Below, piece after piece: positions 1-10,982 of a stretch of DNA of 64,000 nucleotides. Under the pieces are notes generated by a model. It was not told the DNA's origin and did not search any database. It saw only the letters and a list, made by a program, of their open reading frames with translations. Numbering within the stretch: the stretch's first letter is position 1; every line of letters starts with the position of its first letter. The translations under genes and the position numbers were made by a program. Location: the NCBI GenBank assembly GCA_020137815.1, contig CM035353.1, positions 5,828,001-5,892,000 of the forward strand, read 5' to 3'. Source of the stretch: Hormiphora californensis. Lineage: Eukaryota > Animalia > Ctenophora.

Positions 1-106
1 AACCAAATACGGTTATTAGTCGGCCCAGCACAATGGATCCCACCAGCTCTCCAACTCCAACCATACATCCAAAGAGGAGCAGGTGCTCACCAATCATTGT
101 TGGAAT
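1..106 (-). CDS. Internal exon of a probable MFS/UNC93-like (MFSD11-like) membrane protein; gene runs off the window
   Basis: AG acceptor at 108-107 on the minus strand, followed by IPTMIGEHLLLFGCMVGVGELVGSIVLGRLITVFG. This is a hydrophobic helix resembling the G-x-G-E-I-x-G motif of MFSD11. Confidence 0.4.
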   Translation of the reverse strand, partial: MPTMIGEHLLLFGCMVGVGELVGSIVLGRLITVFG

Positions 107-834
107 CTAGGATAGCAGGGGATATAAAACTAGGTAATATGTAAACAAAAGTACGGATCTGATTTCGCTTTCAGCATGGAAGCAAATCTCTCCTCTCTTC
201 TCTCTCTCTCTCTCTCTCTCTCTCCTCTCTCTGCTCCCATTTTCTCTTCCTCTCTCTTCAGAAGAGCGATGTGAGAGAGGGCCAGCAGAGGTCATGAGGT
301 GTAAAGTGGACAGATGGGTTCAAGAACACCTCCGCTCGGCGGTTTTAAAAACTAAAATTCCTGCAAAATGTGGCGCGCGAATTTTGTTCTCGGCGCGCTG
401 CGGTGTAACAGTTAAAATCTTTTCAGCGAAAAGTTTTTCTGCCTCGCATTTTGTGATGATTTTCCCCGAAATCGACGAAAAACTTCAAACTTCGTGAAAT
501 TTTAAGAACTCCAGTCGATCTCATCTGGGTGCGATTATACTCCATTTTTTTTTCAACTGTTCACCCCCCAAAGTCGTACGCGGAATCGTTTTGCGCGCCA
601 AAAAATTTCTACCATTCCAGTTTTTGGTGGGAACAGTTGGAAAAAAAGAACTTTTTTTTATGTGTGTGTGTCTTGCAAACAAAACCGTACCCCGAACGTA
701 GACAAAACCCCTAACCCGTCTCGACCGCCGCCAAATCGTATGAATTGTTAGCAAAATGGAGGCACCCAGATTTTTTAACGTTTTCCATCTCATCTGGCCA
801 ATCCGTTTGTTCTTTTGGGAGCCAACTGGCCAAA

Positions 835-1735
835 TAGTCCAGGACCACTATTGGTGCGGCGGGTCGTGCCCACGAAGGAGTGCTTTGGATCATCTTGAAA
901 AACCGGTTTTTAAGTTCACTAATGCATGCCCAAAGTGCTATAATCTAGAGTGCCCATTTGGGTGATTTCTTTCTGCTGTTCTGGCAAAATCCCATCACGA
1001 GTTATGACCCGAAAATACAGTCAAAAAAGAACGTTTTATTAAATAATAATGACAAAAAGGAGGATCTGAACACAGTGCCCTTATATAAGGGCTGGGGGCT
1101 TTGAAACTTCTTGTGTGGACAGAAGAATCGTCCAAAAATTTGCAGTGTCAACTTTCAGATAGTTTTTCCTATCTTTTGTAGTTTATCTAATTAGCGAGTC
1201 GTTTAAAAAACCATGTGAGACAACCTATATGAACCCTACAAAACAAAGGTGTGATTAGGTGTAACTGCTTTCCGTCTCATATATTGCTTCTCGCTCCGCA
1301 CCACGCTTGGGTGTATAAATACTTTAAAAAAATTCCGCTCTCTATGGGCAATCTCGTCAATTGATCACTTCACAAGCAGTATTATAGGGCCCTTTAGCAA
1401 CTTCTCACATGTTTAAACGACTCTAATTAGATAACTACAAAAGATAGAAACTATCTGAAAGTTGACACTGCAAATTTGGACGATTCTCTGTCCACACAAG
1501 AAGTTTCAAAGCCCCAGCCCTTCATATAAGGGCTGTGTTCAGATCCTCCTTTTTGTCACTTTAAAACGTCTTTTTTGACTGTTTTTCGGTCATAACTCGT
1601 GATTGGATTGTCAGAACATCACCCAAATGACTACAGACACTTTTGGGCATGCATTAGTGAACTTAAAACCGGTTTCAAGATGATCCAATCACTCCTTCCG
1701 TGGGCACGACCGCGCACCAATAGTGGTCCTGACTA
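835..1735. mobile_element. Foldback-type non-autonomous element with ~350-380 bp inverted arms
   Basis: 835-1215 (gtccaggaccactattggtgcg...) is the reverse complement of ~1400-1735 (...cgcaccaatagtggtcctgac). The right arm carries many 1-bp deletions. Confidence 0.7.
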
Positions 1736-2088
1736 AAAGGACATCAAGATGCAAATACTGACCAAGTTTCATATCGATAGAATAAGATTTGGGGTGGCTA
1801 CGGTTTCCCGTCCTACAACTATGCGCCACCATTTGTCGGCATATGATTCGAGATCACATTACACATAGTAACTGTGTACCTAGAGCACAAACAGCGGCTA
1901 ATTAGCTCACCAGCTATCTCGTCTCACGTTTCACTGTACAATTCGAAGATCACCTGTCTTCTGATCAGTCGGGACCATGGACAGGGAAATACAGCACTAT
2001 GAATACATAGTGCAAATATTATTGTTGTCTATCAGAGGACGTGTCCTAACTTCCCCATTCTTAATTTATTATTTGCATCCTATTGGTA

Positions 2089-2260
2089 CAGTCGGACCCC
2101 GATTTAACGGCCCCCGATTTAGCGGCACCCCGATTTAACGGCAGCATAATCTTCCCCCGATATAAGAAATTAACATTATTTGACCCCGATTTAGCGGACA
2201 CCCCGATTTAACGGACAAAATCCTTTCCCCCGAGGGTGCCTTTAAATCGGGGTCCGACTG
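2089..2260. mobile_element. MITE, Tc1/mariner-pogo-type (family A, copy 1)
   Basis: TIR cagtcggaccccgattta...taaatcggggtccgactg, TA TSD, internal ccccgattta repeats. Confidence 0.9.
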
Positions 2261-2323
2261 TAGTTTCAAAATTCACACTGGCTTTGAATTCATCACCATG
2301 TCTAGATATTATATCATATTAGT

Positions 2324-2932
2324 ATGGTGTTTCCGCCTCCATTGAAAGCGTCGTATGCCGAATTACAAGACCAGCTGTTAAAGGTTTCAAATCTAGAAAA
2401 ACTTACAATTTCCCTCCGGCACACATACGACGCTAAAATCCAGCGATGCAAGGATCAGCTTGTGGAACAACGACAATTAATCCACAACATGGAACGTAAA
2501 AAAGCCAGGTATTTACAGATTTGTAAGGAAAACAAAAACAAGATCTCGGCCGTTGAGCTACTCAAAAATGATATCTCACGGACTTTACTGGAGCAAAAAA
2601 AGTTGGAGGAAGAAAAGAACGAGGAGAGAATGGAAAAAAGTGTTTGCTTTCGAAAGTTAATTGATCAGATTAGGTCCACGTTGACAAAGCAACATGACGC
2701 AACGCAATCTGCTCGGCAGGAACAATTGTATCTCATTTCCGAACGAGAGAAACTCGAGGATCGGCTATTTCATTCACAACAACGTTCCCTAAAAATGCGA
2801 TCAGAAATCACGTCTCTTGAGTTGCAACTTGCCTCCCTAAAGACTGAGTGTGATGATTTGAATGAGAAGCTAGTTGATGGAATGCATCAGAGTTTGCGGG
2901 CTCTGGGAATGTCAAACTCAGCTAGCCCATAG
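2324..2932 (+). CDS. Single-exon coiled-coil protein, 202 aa, function unknown
   Basis: Uninterrupted ATG-started ORF in non-repetitive sequence, rich in L/E/K/Q heptads; AG immediately upstream of the ATG. Confidence 0.7.
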   Translation: MVFPPPLKASYAELQDQLLKVSNLEKLTISLRHTYDAKIQRCKDQLVEQRQLIHNMERKKARYLQICKENKNKISAVELLKNDISRTLLEQKKLEEEKNEERMEKSVCFRKLIDQIRSTLTKQHDATQSARQEQLYLISEREKLEDRLFHSQQRSLKMRSEITSLELQLASLKTECDDLNEKLVDGMHQSLRALGMSNSASP

Positions 2933-3169
2933 CTTATAATTTCATTCGACTCTTGGTTTACCCTAGTCTTGTCGAGGACTCGGTTAATCGAGAGTTTGTG
3001 GTCATGATCCATTTTACGAACATTGTTTTTTAATATTTTACCCGTTGATGCTCTTATATTATTTTGTTTTCTACCAAAAATTTAACTTTATCTCATACTG
3101 TCTCTTGATAATAATAGCATGCTACCGATTTATCAAACCACCCCTTTTCCTAGCTAAAGATCTAGCAAA

Positions 3170-4848
3170 ATGGCCGGTCTGTTCTCGAACAACCTACACG
3201 TGCCCAAGAATGTGGATATGAAGGACCGGGTCGCTGATTTCTGGAGGACTGATGCTGAGAACCGATCCTATCAAGCACACGCTGCGGCCCATCGTTACTG
3301 GTACGTGTGTACTGTGTCTGTGTCTGTTGTAGATAAATACAATGAAATGAGTCCGGAGTCTCCGTTGATATGTTTTGAAATTCAGAATCATGTAGGCAGA
3401 CATACATGCGTTTTTCCAACCTCCCCAAAATTAAGCTTCTCGCCAAATTAAGCTCCTTGTCTTCAGGAACGTCTGTGTTGGGAGTCAAGTGTGTGGATGG
3501 AGTGGTGATTGCTGCTGACACTCTTGGATCATACGGTTCTCTTGCTCGGTTTAGGGACGTCCAGAGGTAAGATCATATCAGTGTTTACCACATTATAATT
3601 TTCAAATCATTGCTGCTATTTCTTATCACTGAAAACACACTGTGTTTGATAGGTTGATGAAGGTGAACGATAGTGTCCTTATTGGAGGCTTTGGTGACTA
3701 CGCTGATTTCCAGCATATTATGAAGCTGCTGAACCAACACTCAATTGATGACGCTGTTATTGGTAGGTCAATATTATTAGACCCCACCCTATATTATTGG
3801 CTTAGGGTGGGGGTCTAAAGGTACACAATAATAGTTCTTTGTTGGTCATTTATTACGTGGGCAAATACCCTCTCAAATCAATCTGTCCCCTCAACTTGGT
3901 AAATCTGGGAAACAATATGCTAATCTCCACAGGTGATGGGGTATACCGAGACGCTCCCTCGATTCATAACTGGATGAGATGTGTGCTGTACAACCGAAGA
4001 AGCAAATTCAATCCCCTATGGAACACAATCATTGTTGCAGGCAAAACTTACTCTGGTATGTTCTGGAGTGGACATATTCATTTCACTTTGACCCATCAGC
4101 TCTTTCTCTCTCTCCCATGATATCTCTGACTTCTGTCTTCCCTTTTTCTTCTATTACTCTCTGGTATCTCTGATCCCTTCTTCTCTCATTCTAATCTACA
4201 GATTCCCTCCCCTCAGGTGAGCCATACCTGGGCTATGTTGATAAGATTGGAGTATCATTTGAGGACAAGAGTGTTGCCACTGGATTCGGATCATACATCG
4301 CCCAACCCATGATGCGACGAGCCCTAGAAGGTGCACACATGAACCCAAACCCCCCCCCTCCCCACGTTGTGCTAGGGTCTCTAGATCTATGTAGTATTAC
4401 ATTGTATTAGTTTCTGCTCATTTCTTATGTTCTCTCTAAATAACAAGCCTGCTCTTCAGAAAACCCTAACATGACGTGTGCCCAAGCTCGGGTACTAATG
4501 GCACGATGCCTCAAGGTTCTCTTCTACCGTGATTGCCGTGCCCTAAACAGATTCCAAATCGGAACGGTAAGAAACAGGGGCAATTATATATCGTGGTAGT
4601 TCAGACTTGCCTAGCTCGACCCTGATTCACTGCGACCTGTACGGCGAAACTTTTACAAATTTGTAAAGGAGGGTTAGAACATAACAAGTTCAGACTCTCC
4701 TAGCCCAATAGGGTGGCATTTCTTGGTTGGATATTTGTGATTTAAACCGTCCTCTTTTCAGGTCACGAGTGATGGATGTGAGATCTCTGAACCCATGTCA
4801 ACCGACACTGACTGGAGCATTGGCGCTAACCCGTCCGGTTATGAGTAA
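3170..4848 (+). CDS. PSMB4: Proteasome subunit beta type-4 (beta7). Exons 3170(or 3252)-3300, 3467-3566, 3653-3762, 3933-4055, 4217-4330, 4460-4566, 4762-4848
   Basis: Spliced translation [20 protein letters not shown]...[14 protein letters not shown]...GDYADFQ...[13 protein letters not shown]...[11 protein letters not shown]...[14 protein letters not shown]...TDWSIG matches PSMB4 motifs. All introns are GT-AG. The start codon is ambiguous (see findings). Confidence 0.97.
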
Positions 4849-5208
4849 ATCTGGACAAAGAGAGAAAGGACAGGGGGTAATTGATAGGCAGTGCAGGCAC
4901 TAACGAACTCGGTACAATACTAATGGCGTGTGTGTGAGAGAGAGAAAGGGTCTACATTTTAGTAGCACTCCTTATTATAGAGTGTGTGACAATTTACACA
5001 ACTTGGGTGGTGTGTATTTGTAATAGTGTTTGTGTATTTGGTATGGAAACGTGTTCCATATTATGTAACTTGTCAAATTAACTAACAACATGTACTGCGT
5101 TTTAATTAATTCCTCTCCCATAGTACTCCCTCGTATTGCAGAAATTTACATCTCTTTCTCTCTTTCTTGTTATATTCAATATCAACCTCCTTGTAGCACG
5201 ATGGACCG

Positions 5209-5413
5209 ATGAGAAGCAACACTAGACAAGCAACACTAGACTAGCAACACTAGCAACACTGGTATAGCAACACTAGCAACACTAGCAACACTGGTATAGC
5301 AACACTTGCAACACTTGCAACACTTGCAACACTTGCAACTCTAGCAACACTACACTTGCAACACTAGCAACACTATTCTAGCAACACTAGCAACACTACA
5401 CTAGCAATACTAG
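5209..5413. repeat. Tandem repeat of ~8-9 bp unit (gcaacact(a/t))
   Basis: Directly visible, ending a few bases before the FGFR1OP2 ATG. Confidence 0.9.
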
Positions 5414-5419
5414 AGGAAG

Positions 5420-6553
5420 ATGAGTAGCAACACGATAAACAGGAGGGGTCAACTTCTACCAACTAGGGAGATGCTGGGGGAACTACAGCGGTTGGATGGG
5501 AAAATAGGAACCAATGAGACCTACACAGATCGCCTTTCAAAGCATTTCTCATTCCTGGAGTCCAAAATTGATGCCATGAAACAGGTATTTTTATACCACC
5601 ACTCTTGTCACTTGCTGTGAAACATTATCCCAAGAAGTGTTCTAGCTCTGAAGATTTCTACAATTTACAACCAACTGTAGTATCTCATTAACCACTTGTC
5701 AACCATGAACCACCTGTTAACCACTTACTAACCCCTCCATTCCCTCGCAGTACCGTGACAACATGGAAGACATGAACGGCAAAGCAGGACAGCGACCGAA
5801 AGCCGAGCTGGTAAAACGGTCCCAGACTGCCATCTATGAGAATATGAAGATACGAGAGTTGGTGATCGAGAATAACGAGTTGAAGTGTGCTCTCGCGGAG
5901 TACCAAGAATCCCTGGAAATCATTATGTCTAAATACAGGCTACAGGTTAATATACATTGGATACACCGTGTAATGTACATCTCTCACACCTACTGAGTAG
6001 AGACAGTGCGCAGTAGGTTGATTGTAACCCGCGCGCGCCTGGACTTCAGTTTAATAAAAGTACACCAGTTTAGCATTTAGGCCGCGCGCTGAATCTTTTC
6101 GGCTTCTGACCCAGTAAGTTCACCGGTTTTAACCGTCTTCTTCCCCTCAGATGGCAGCATTTATGGCGTTAAGTAAGAACCAATCAGAACCCGTGGTGCC
6201 TAACAATGAGGAAGTTCTCCAGGAGTATGTTGAGAAAATGGCTGACCTCATCGCTATCTCAGACGAAGCGGTAAATGCCCCCCCTATCTGACAGTTAACG
6301 TGCCCCCCCCAATATCTGCCCCCTATCTGCCCCCACTCTATCTGCCAGTGTTCTTGATTCTACTTCTCCATTCTATCTAGTTACCACAGTATTATAGCAC
6401 CGTTTGTTAAACACCGCACGTTTTCAGATTAAACGGGATGAGCAGATGGACAGTGATGTTGACCAGGAGCTAACACGGCTCCGATACGAGAACAAGTACC
6501 TCAGAGATTGTCTTAAGATAGGTCAGAACTTTGGGAGTATTACCAAAAGTTGA
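5420..6553 (+). CDS. FGFR1OP2: FGFR1OP2/SIKE family coiled-coil protein (STRIPAK component). Exons 5420-5584, 5751-5945, 6151-6270, 6428-6553
   Basis: Spliced KIDAMKQY...RP...ENMKIRELVIENNELKCALAEYQESLEIIMSKYRLQM...LRYENKYLRDCLKI matches the family signature AMKQY...LELIMSKYREQ...ENKGLRE. Confidence 0.92.
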
Positions 6554-7437
6554 ACTCAATGGAACTCAAGTGTGTGTAAGAAAGGCGTAGACCATAGAGA
6601 ATAGATATATTGCTTTGTGTGCGGTGTGCCATATTTGACTTCAATTAGTGTCGTTTAAGTTTGAAGGTGAGTTTGTGTGTTTTGAGTATGTGTGTGTGTG
6701 AGAGAGTCTGTGTTTGCGAGTCTGTGTGAGTGAGTATGTATGTCTGTGTGTGAGTGATATACCCTGTACATATATACCAGCCCTCTTCATTCCAATATGT
6801 ATAAATATAATCGAATGATGTTCTTATAAATCTGAAATCAAAGCCTTTTGTGGGTTCCATCTTAATTAAAATGGTTCATTTACGCATGACTACTCAAGGT
6901 CATTGTTCATGGTAACTAGCACAACAATACCCAAAATTTCTCAATTATATATCAGATAAAGGAATAATAAGAGGCATGTTTTCAAGTTTTAATGCTTTCC
7001 CCGTGGTATATTATCGCAATACCGCACTGTCCTCTGATTGAGTTTCCATGACCGTATTAACCAATAACCACCTGTCAAAGTGTCTCTTTCACCGCTGTTT
7101 CCACTTCCTATTTAACGTGATGCTTGTGTGGCACCCTGCATGGCTATAATAGCCAACTAATGTCACTCTTTGTCTCTTTGAAACACGCGTGGATAAAGAA
7201 TGCTGCCGGTAACGGCTGAACAGGGGTAGAACTAGCGAAAATTATTTGACACTGTTATTTAGGTAGAACGCCGTAAAAACTTTAAGTTTCGGGCAAACAC
7301 AGAATACACTTTATAATTCGCTAACTATCTACAAACACAGGCACTCGAATACACAAAGCCAAACAACTTCATCAGCTACTGATTGTACCGATCTATTCAT
7401 TGGGTACTGTCACTATGACAGCCATGTTGTCCATATA

Positions 7438-7628
7438 CAGTCGGACCCCGATTTAGGGACACCCTCGGGGGAAAGGCTCTTTACTTGTCCACTCTTTACT
7501 TGTCCACTAAATCGGGGTGTCCACTAAATCGGGGTCAAATAAGGTTAATTTCCTATATAGGGGGAAAAAATCATGTCCCTAAATCGGGGTGCCACTAAAT
7601 CGGGGGGCCCTACATCGGGGTCCGACTG
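7438..7628. mobile_element. MITE family A, copy 2
   Basis: Same cagtcggaccccgat TIR, TA TSD. Confidence 0.9.
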
Positions 7629-7874
7629 TATCATCAACAATTCTACACAGTTCAACTACTGTGTGTTCAACTACTGTACGTGTAATTGCGATCCTTCCGA
7701 AACTGTCTTTCAATATCTCACACACCAACACACAGCTCCCCAATACTCCGTTGTGCTTCTCTGCTGACCTCCATTTATATCTCTATAGCAACTACCTCAT
7801 CTCTATAGCAACCACTTCGTCTCCATAGCAACCGGTCCATACCAATCTAAACTAAGCATAACTCAAGAGCATCT

Positions 7875-9342
7875 TCAATCATCCGTTAACATCTTTGCTA
7901 ATGCTCCGTAACTGAGGGTCGTCTTGAAAACATTGATGCTCTGAGTTAGAGTTTGGATCTTCTTAATCTTGCTAAAGGATACCGCAACAGGAGAGGATGA
8001 GTTTCCTGAAAAATGATCCTGGCGTTAGATGTTTAGGAGGTCTTGATATTAGATGTTAGATGTTTAGGGGGTCTTGATGTTAGATGTTTAGGGGGTCTTA
8101 TTATAGATGTTTGATGTTTAGGGGGTCTTATAGATGTTAGATGTTTAGGAGGTCTTGATGTTAGATGTTTAGTGGGTCTTATAGATATTAGATGTTTAGG
8201 GGGTATTATAGATGTTATATGTTTAGGGGGTCTTATAGATGTTAGATGTTTAGGGGGTATTATAGATGTTAGATGTTTAGGGGGTCTTGATGTTAGATGT
8301 TTAGGGGGTCTTATTGATGTTAGATGTTTAGGGGGTCTAGATGTTAGAAGTTTAGGGTTCAAGTTATACACTTACCATCAGCATCGCTGAAGGAGCTACC
8401 CATACTCCAGGTTCTGTCCTTAGTAGTAGGAGCACCATCATCAGCATTACTCTGAACATCATAATCCTGTAGAGCAACACTAGCCGATTTAAGGTCATCA
8501 TTAGCCCCCTCGAAACTCCCACCAGGTGCCTGTTCGACCATCGGAGTTTCCTCTTCCTCCCCCTCATTACCAGGCTGAACACTAAACACCTCAGAGTCGA
8601 TTGAATCAACGGATATCATTGAGGTGGGTCGGGAGGTTAGGGAGGTGTTCTGCTTGTACCCAATACCCGTTACTTTACTCTGGGTGTCCTTATAGTAGTT
8701 CATTGCTACATCATCGGCTACCGAGGTCTTAGTTCCCACGATATTCTTCTTGTAGTCCTCGTGATACTTGATGTTACTGGTTAGATCACTGGCATCCTTT
8801 AGATAGCTGTTTTTCAGGTCCCCAGTGGTGGCAGTGGCACTTCCCAGGATATTATCCTTGAAATCCTTCTTGTACACGGCCTGGCTAGTCTGGTCTTGCA
8901 TTGATTTCATGAAGGTCGATGCCTTGTCGTCAGTGAGAGATGTCTTAGTCCCCACTATGTCCTCTTTAAATTCCTTCTGGTACTGAGCATGACTCTGGAA
9001 CGCCTGGAGCTGTTTCATCTGCTCAGTAGCCTTGTCATCCGCAACCGATATTTTCGTTCCCTTTTGTTTCTGAAACTCCGCTTGATACTTATGTTTACTA
9101 TTTGCATCAGAGTTGTCCTTCAGTCGTTTATTTTCCGGCGTCTCCGCTACCTGGGTATACTTTATGGTAGGGTAGTGTGAATAGCAGTAAGGCTTCTTTT
9201 CGTATCCCTTATAATTCTTCATGTTCAGTGTCATCTGGCATTCCTGACATTTAAAGCAGGTCTTGTGCCAAACCCGGTCCAGACAATTTAGTTTCTCTGT
9301 TGGGTATACCGCCTTCCCACACGCCGCACAGGGGCTAATCAT
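7875..9342 (-). CDS. LASP1: LASP-family LIM + nebulin-repeat protein. Exons 9342-8376 and 8005-7875
   Basis: [54 protein letters not shown] is a LASP LIM domain, followed by VAETPEN and S-x-x-x-Y nebulin repeats. GTAAGT donor at 8375, acceptor at 8006; exon 2 reads [11 protein letters not shown]...MLTDD*. Confidence 0.9.
8025..8358. repeat. Intronic minisatellite (gatgttagatgtttagggggtctt-like, 24-27 bp)
   Basis: Visible tandem units filling the LASP intron. Confidence 0.9.
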
Positions 9343-9465
9343 CCTACACTGGATACATTGGTTAACATCAAGCGTCACGGCATTTCATTAAAGCTCATAT
9401 TAACGGCTGCACAGTTTTAGTGAACTCTTGTCACTGTCATATTTCGACAACTAGAAATGCCCACT

Positions 9466-10141
9466 TATATGAGGCATAAACTCTGGCCACTGGCACGTTA
9501 TTTCAGATACCTTTCTCCCAGCGCGCCGCTGGGAGAAGGTAGCTGTAGTTTATCCGCTAGTGGCGGATAAACTGGTTTAAATCACGACGACGATCCTGAG
9601 GCGTAGCCGAGGGAGAGGCGGAGGGGTTTAAACCAATAACGTGCCATTGGTCAGAGTTTATGGGTTATATACCCTGCTTTAGTTGTTTGTTTCAAGTATT
9701 ACACACTAACAAGAGAGAGAACACTAATCAAAACACACAAAGAGAACTGAGAAACAGTCAAAAACATCTCTCAATTGAGTGTATATTGTTTGGTAACAGT
9801 TACTAAGGAGAGAGAGAGAAAGAAATAACAAGATATGGGGCATGCCAGACATAACACAGAGGAATTGAGATAGTGAAACAAAAGGGGAGATAAAGAGAGA
9901 GAAATTGACGGAATGTGTTGTTTCTTTCTCTCCAATGCAGTGTGTAACTCTTGCAAACAGTGTTCCCTCTGTATTTCAGTAAGAACTGATCATTTACACA
10001 CACTTTGAATGTAACATAGGAGTTAATAATAAACAGCCAGCCAGTGGGAAATAATCTGCCGCTGGACTGGCTGTATATTGAGAGCGCGCCAGTGGGACTT
10101 CTCGCCGCTGGCGGGTTATTTAAGTTAGCAGGGTATATATG
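9466..10141. mobile_element. Non-autonomous multi-hairpin element with an internal complement of its joined ends (type X1)
   Basis: Left end 9466-9485 and right end 10127-10139 both pair with internal site 9652-9678. Nested hairpins at 9513-9640; TATATG direct repeat at both ends; partial reverse copy at 39831-39971. Confidence 0.7.
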
Positions 10142-10931
10142 TCGACAACTAGAAAAGTTAAAGGTATACGGCAAAATATGACGACAAGAAATGCAGACGG
10201 CAAAATATGACAACCGTTGACATCTGGCAATCTCCCAACAGAATTATAAATAATTGAAGTCAGGAATTAATCTAACACGTTATACGTCAGGCCAATGCTC
10301 TGACAGTTATACACAGGTCAATACACAGTCTATAAGTATAACAGGCTTCATTCATATATTGTATTAAGAAAGCGAATACTGTAGTATACAATTTAGAAAA
10401 GAGACCAAGAGTGATACATACACTGTCAGACGAGAGTAAGTGAGGGGGAGGGGAACAAAACATAGCTGGTAATATACGGTAGTATACAAAATATATTGAG
10501 TCGCTTGACAACACTGTTTCCGTGCTCCGAAAGTATGAACACTTCAAACAAAATAGACCAAGTTCATGCGAGTGTGATATACACTGTGTGTGACGACAGC
10601 GAGCAAAGCGGGATAGAACAAAACAGAGAGCTGCTCTTCCGTTGAAAGCCAAGTGTATAAATACCTATAGTGCATTATTATATTCCGTCTATCTATTTAT
10701 TTATTAGAAGTGCGGTTGGGACTCATCACCCCTCTCTTCTCTTTTTCTCTTCTTTTTCTCTTCTTTTTCTCTTCTTTCTCTTTAATCTGATAATTTATAG
10801 CTTTCTCCTTCTTTTTTCTTCTCTTCTATCACTATGATGCCTGCCAAGTTTGTAATTGTACCACTTCCATGGTATAACTACGTCGACATGGTGGCAAATT
10901 CCAATTTGCACTTCTCAGTTCTATCTCTCTT

Positions 10932-10982
<51 letters not shown>

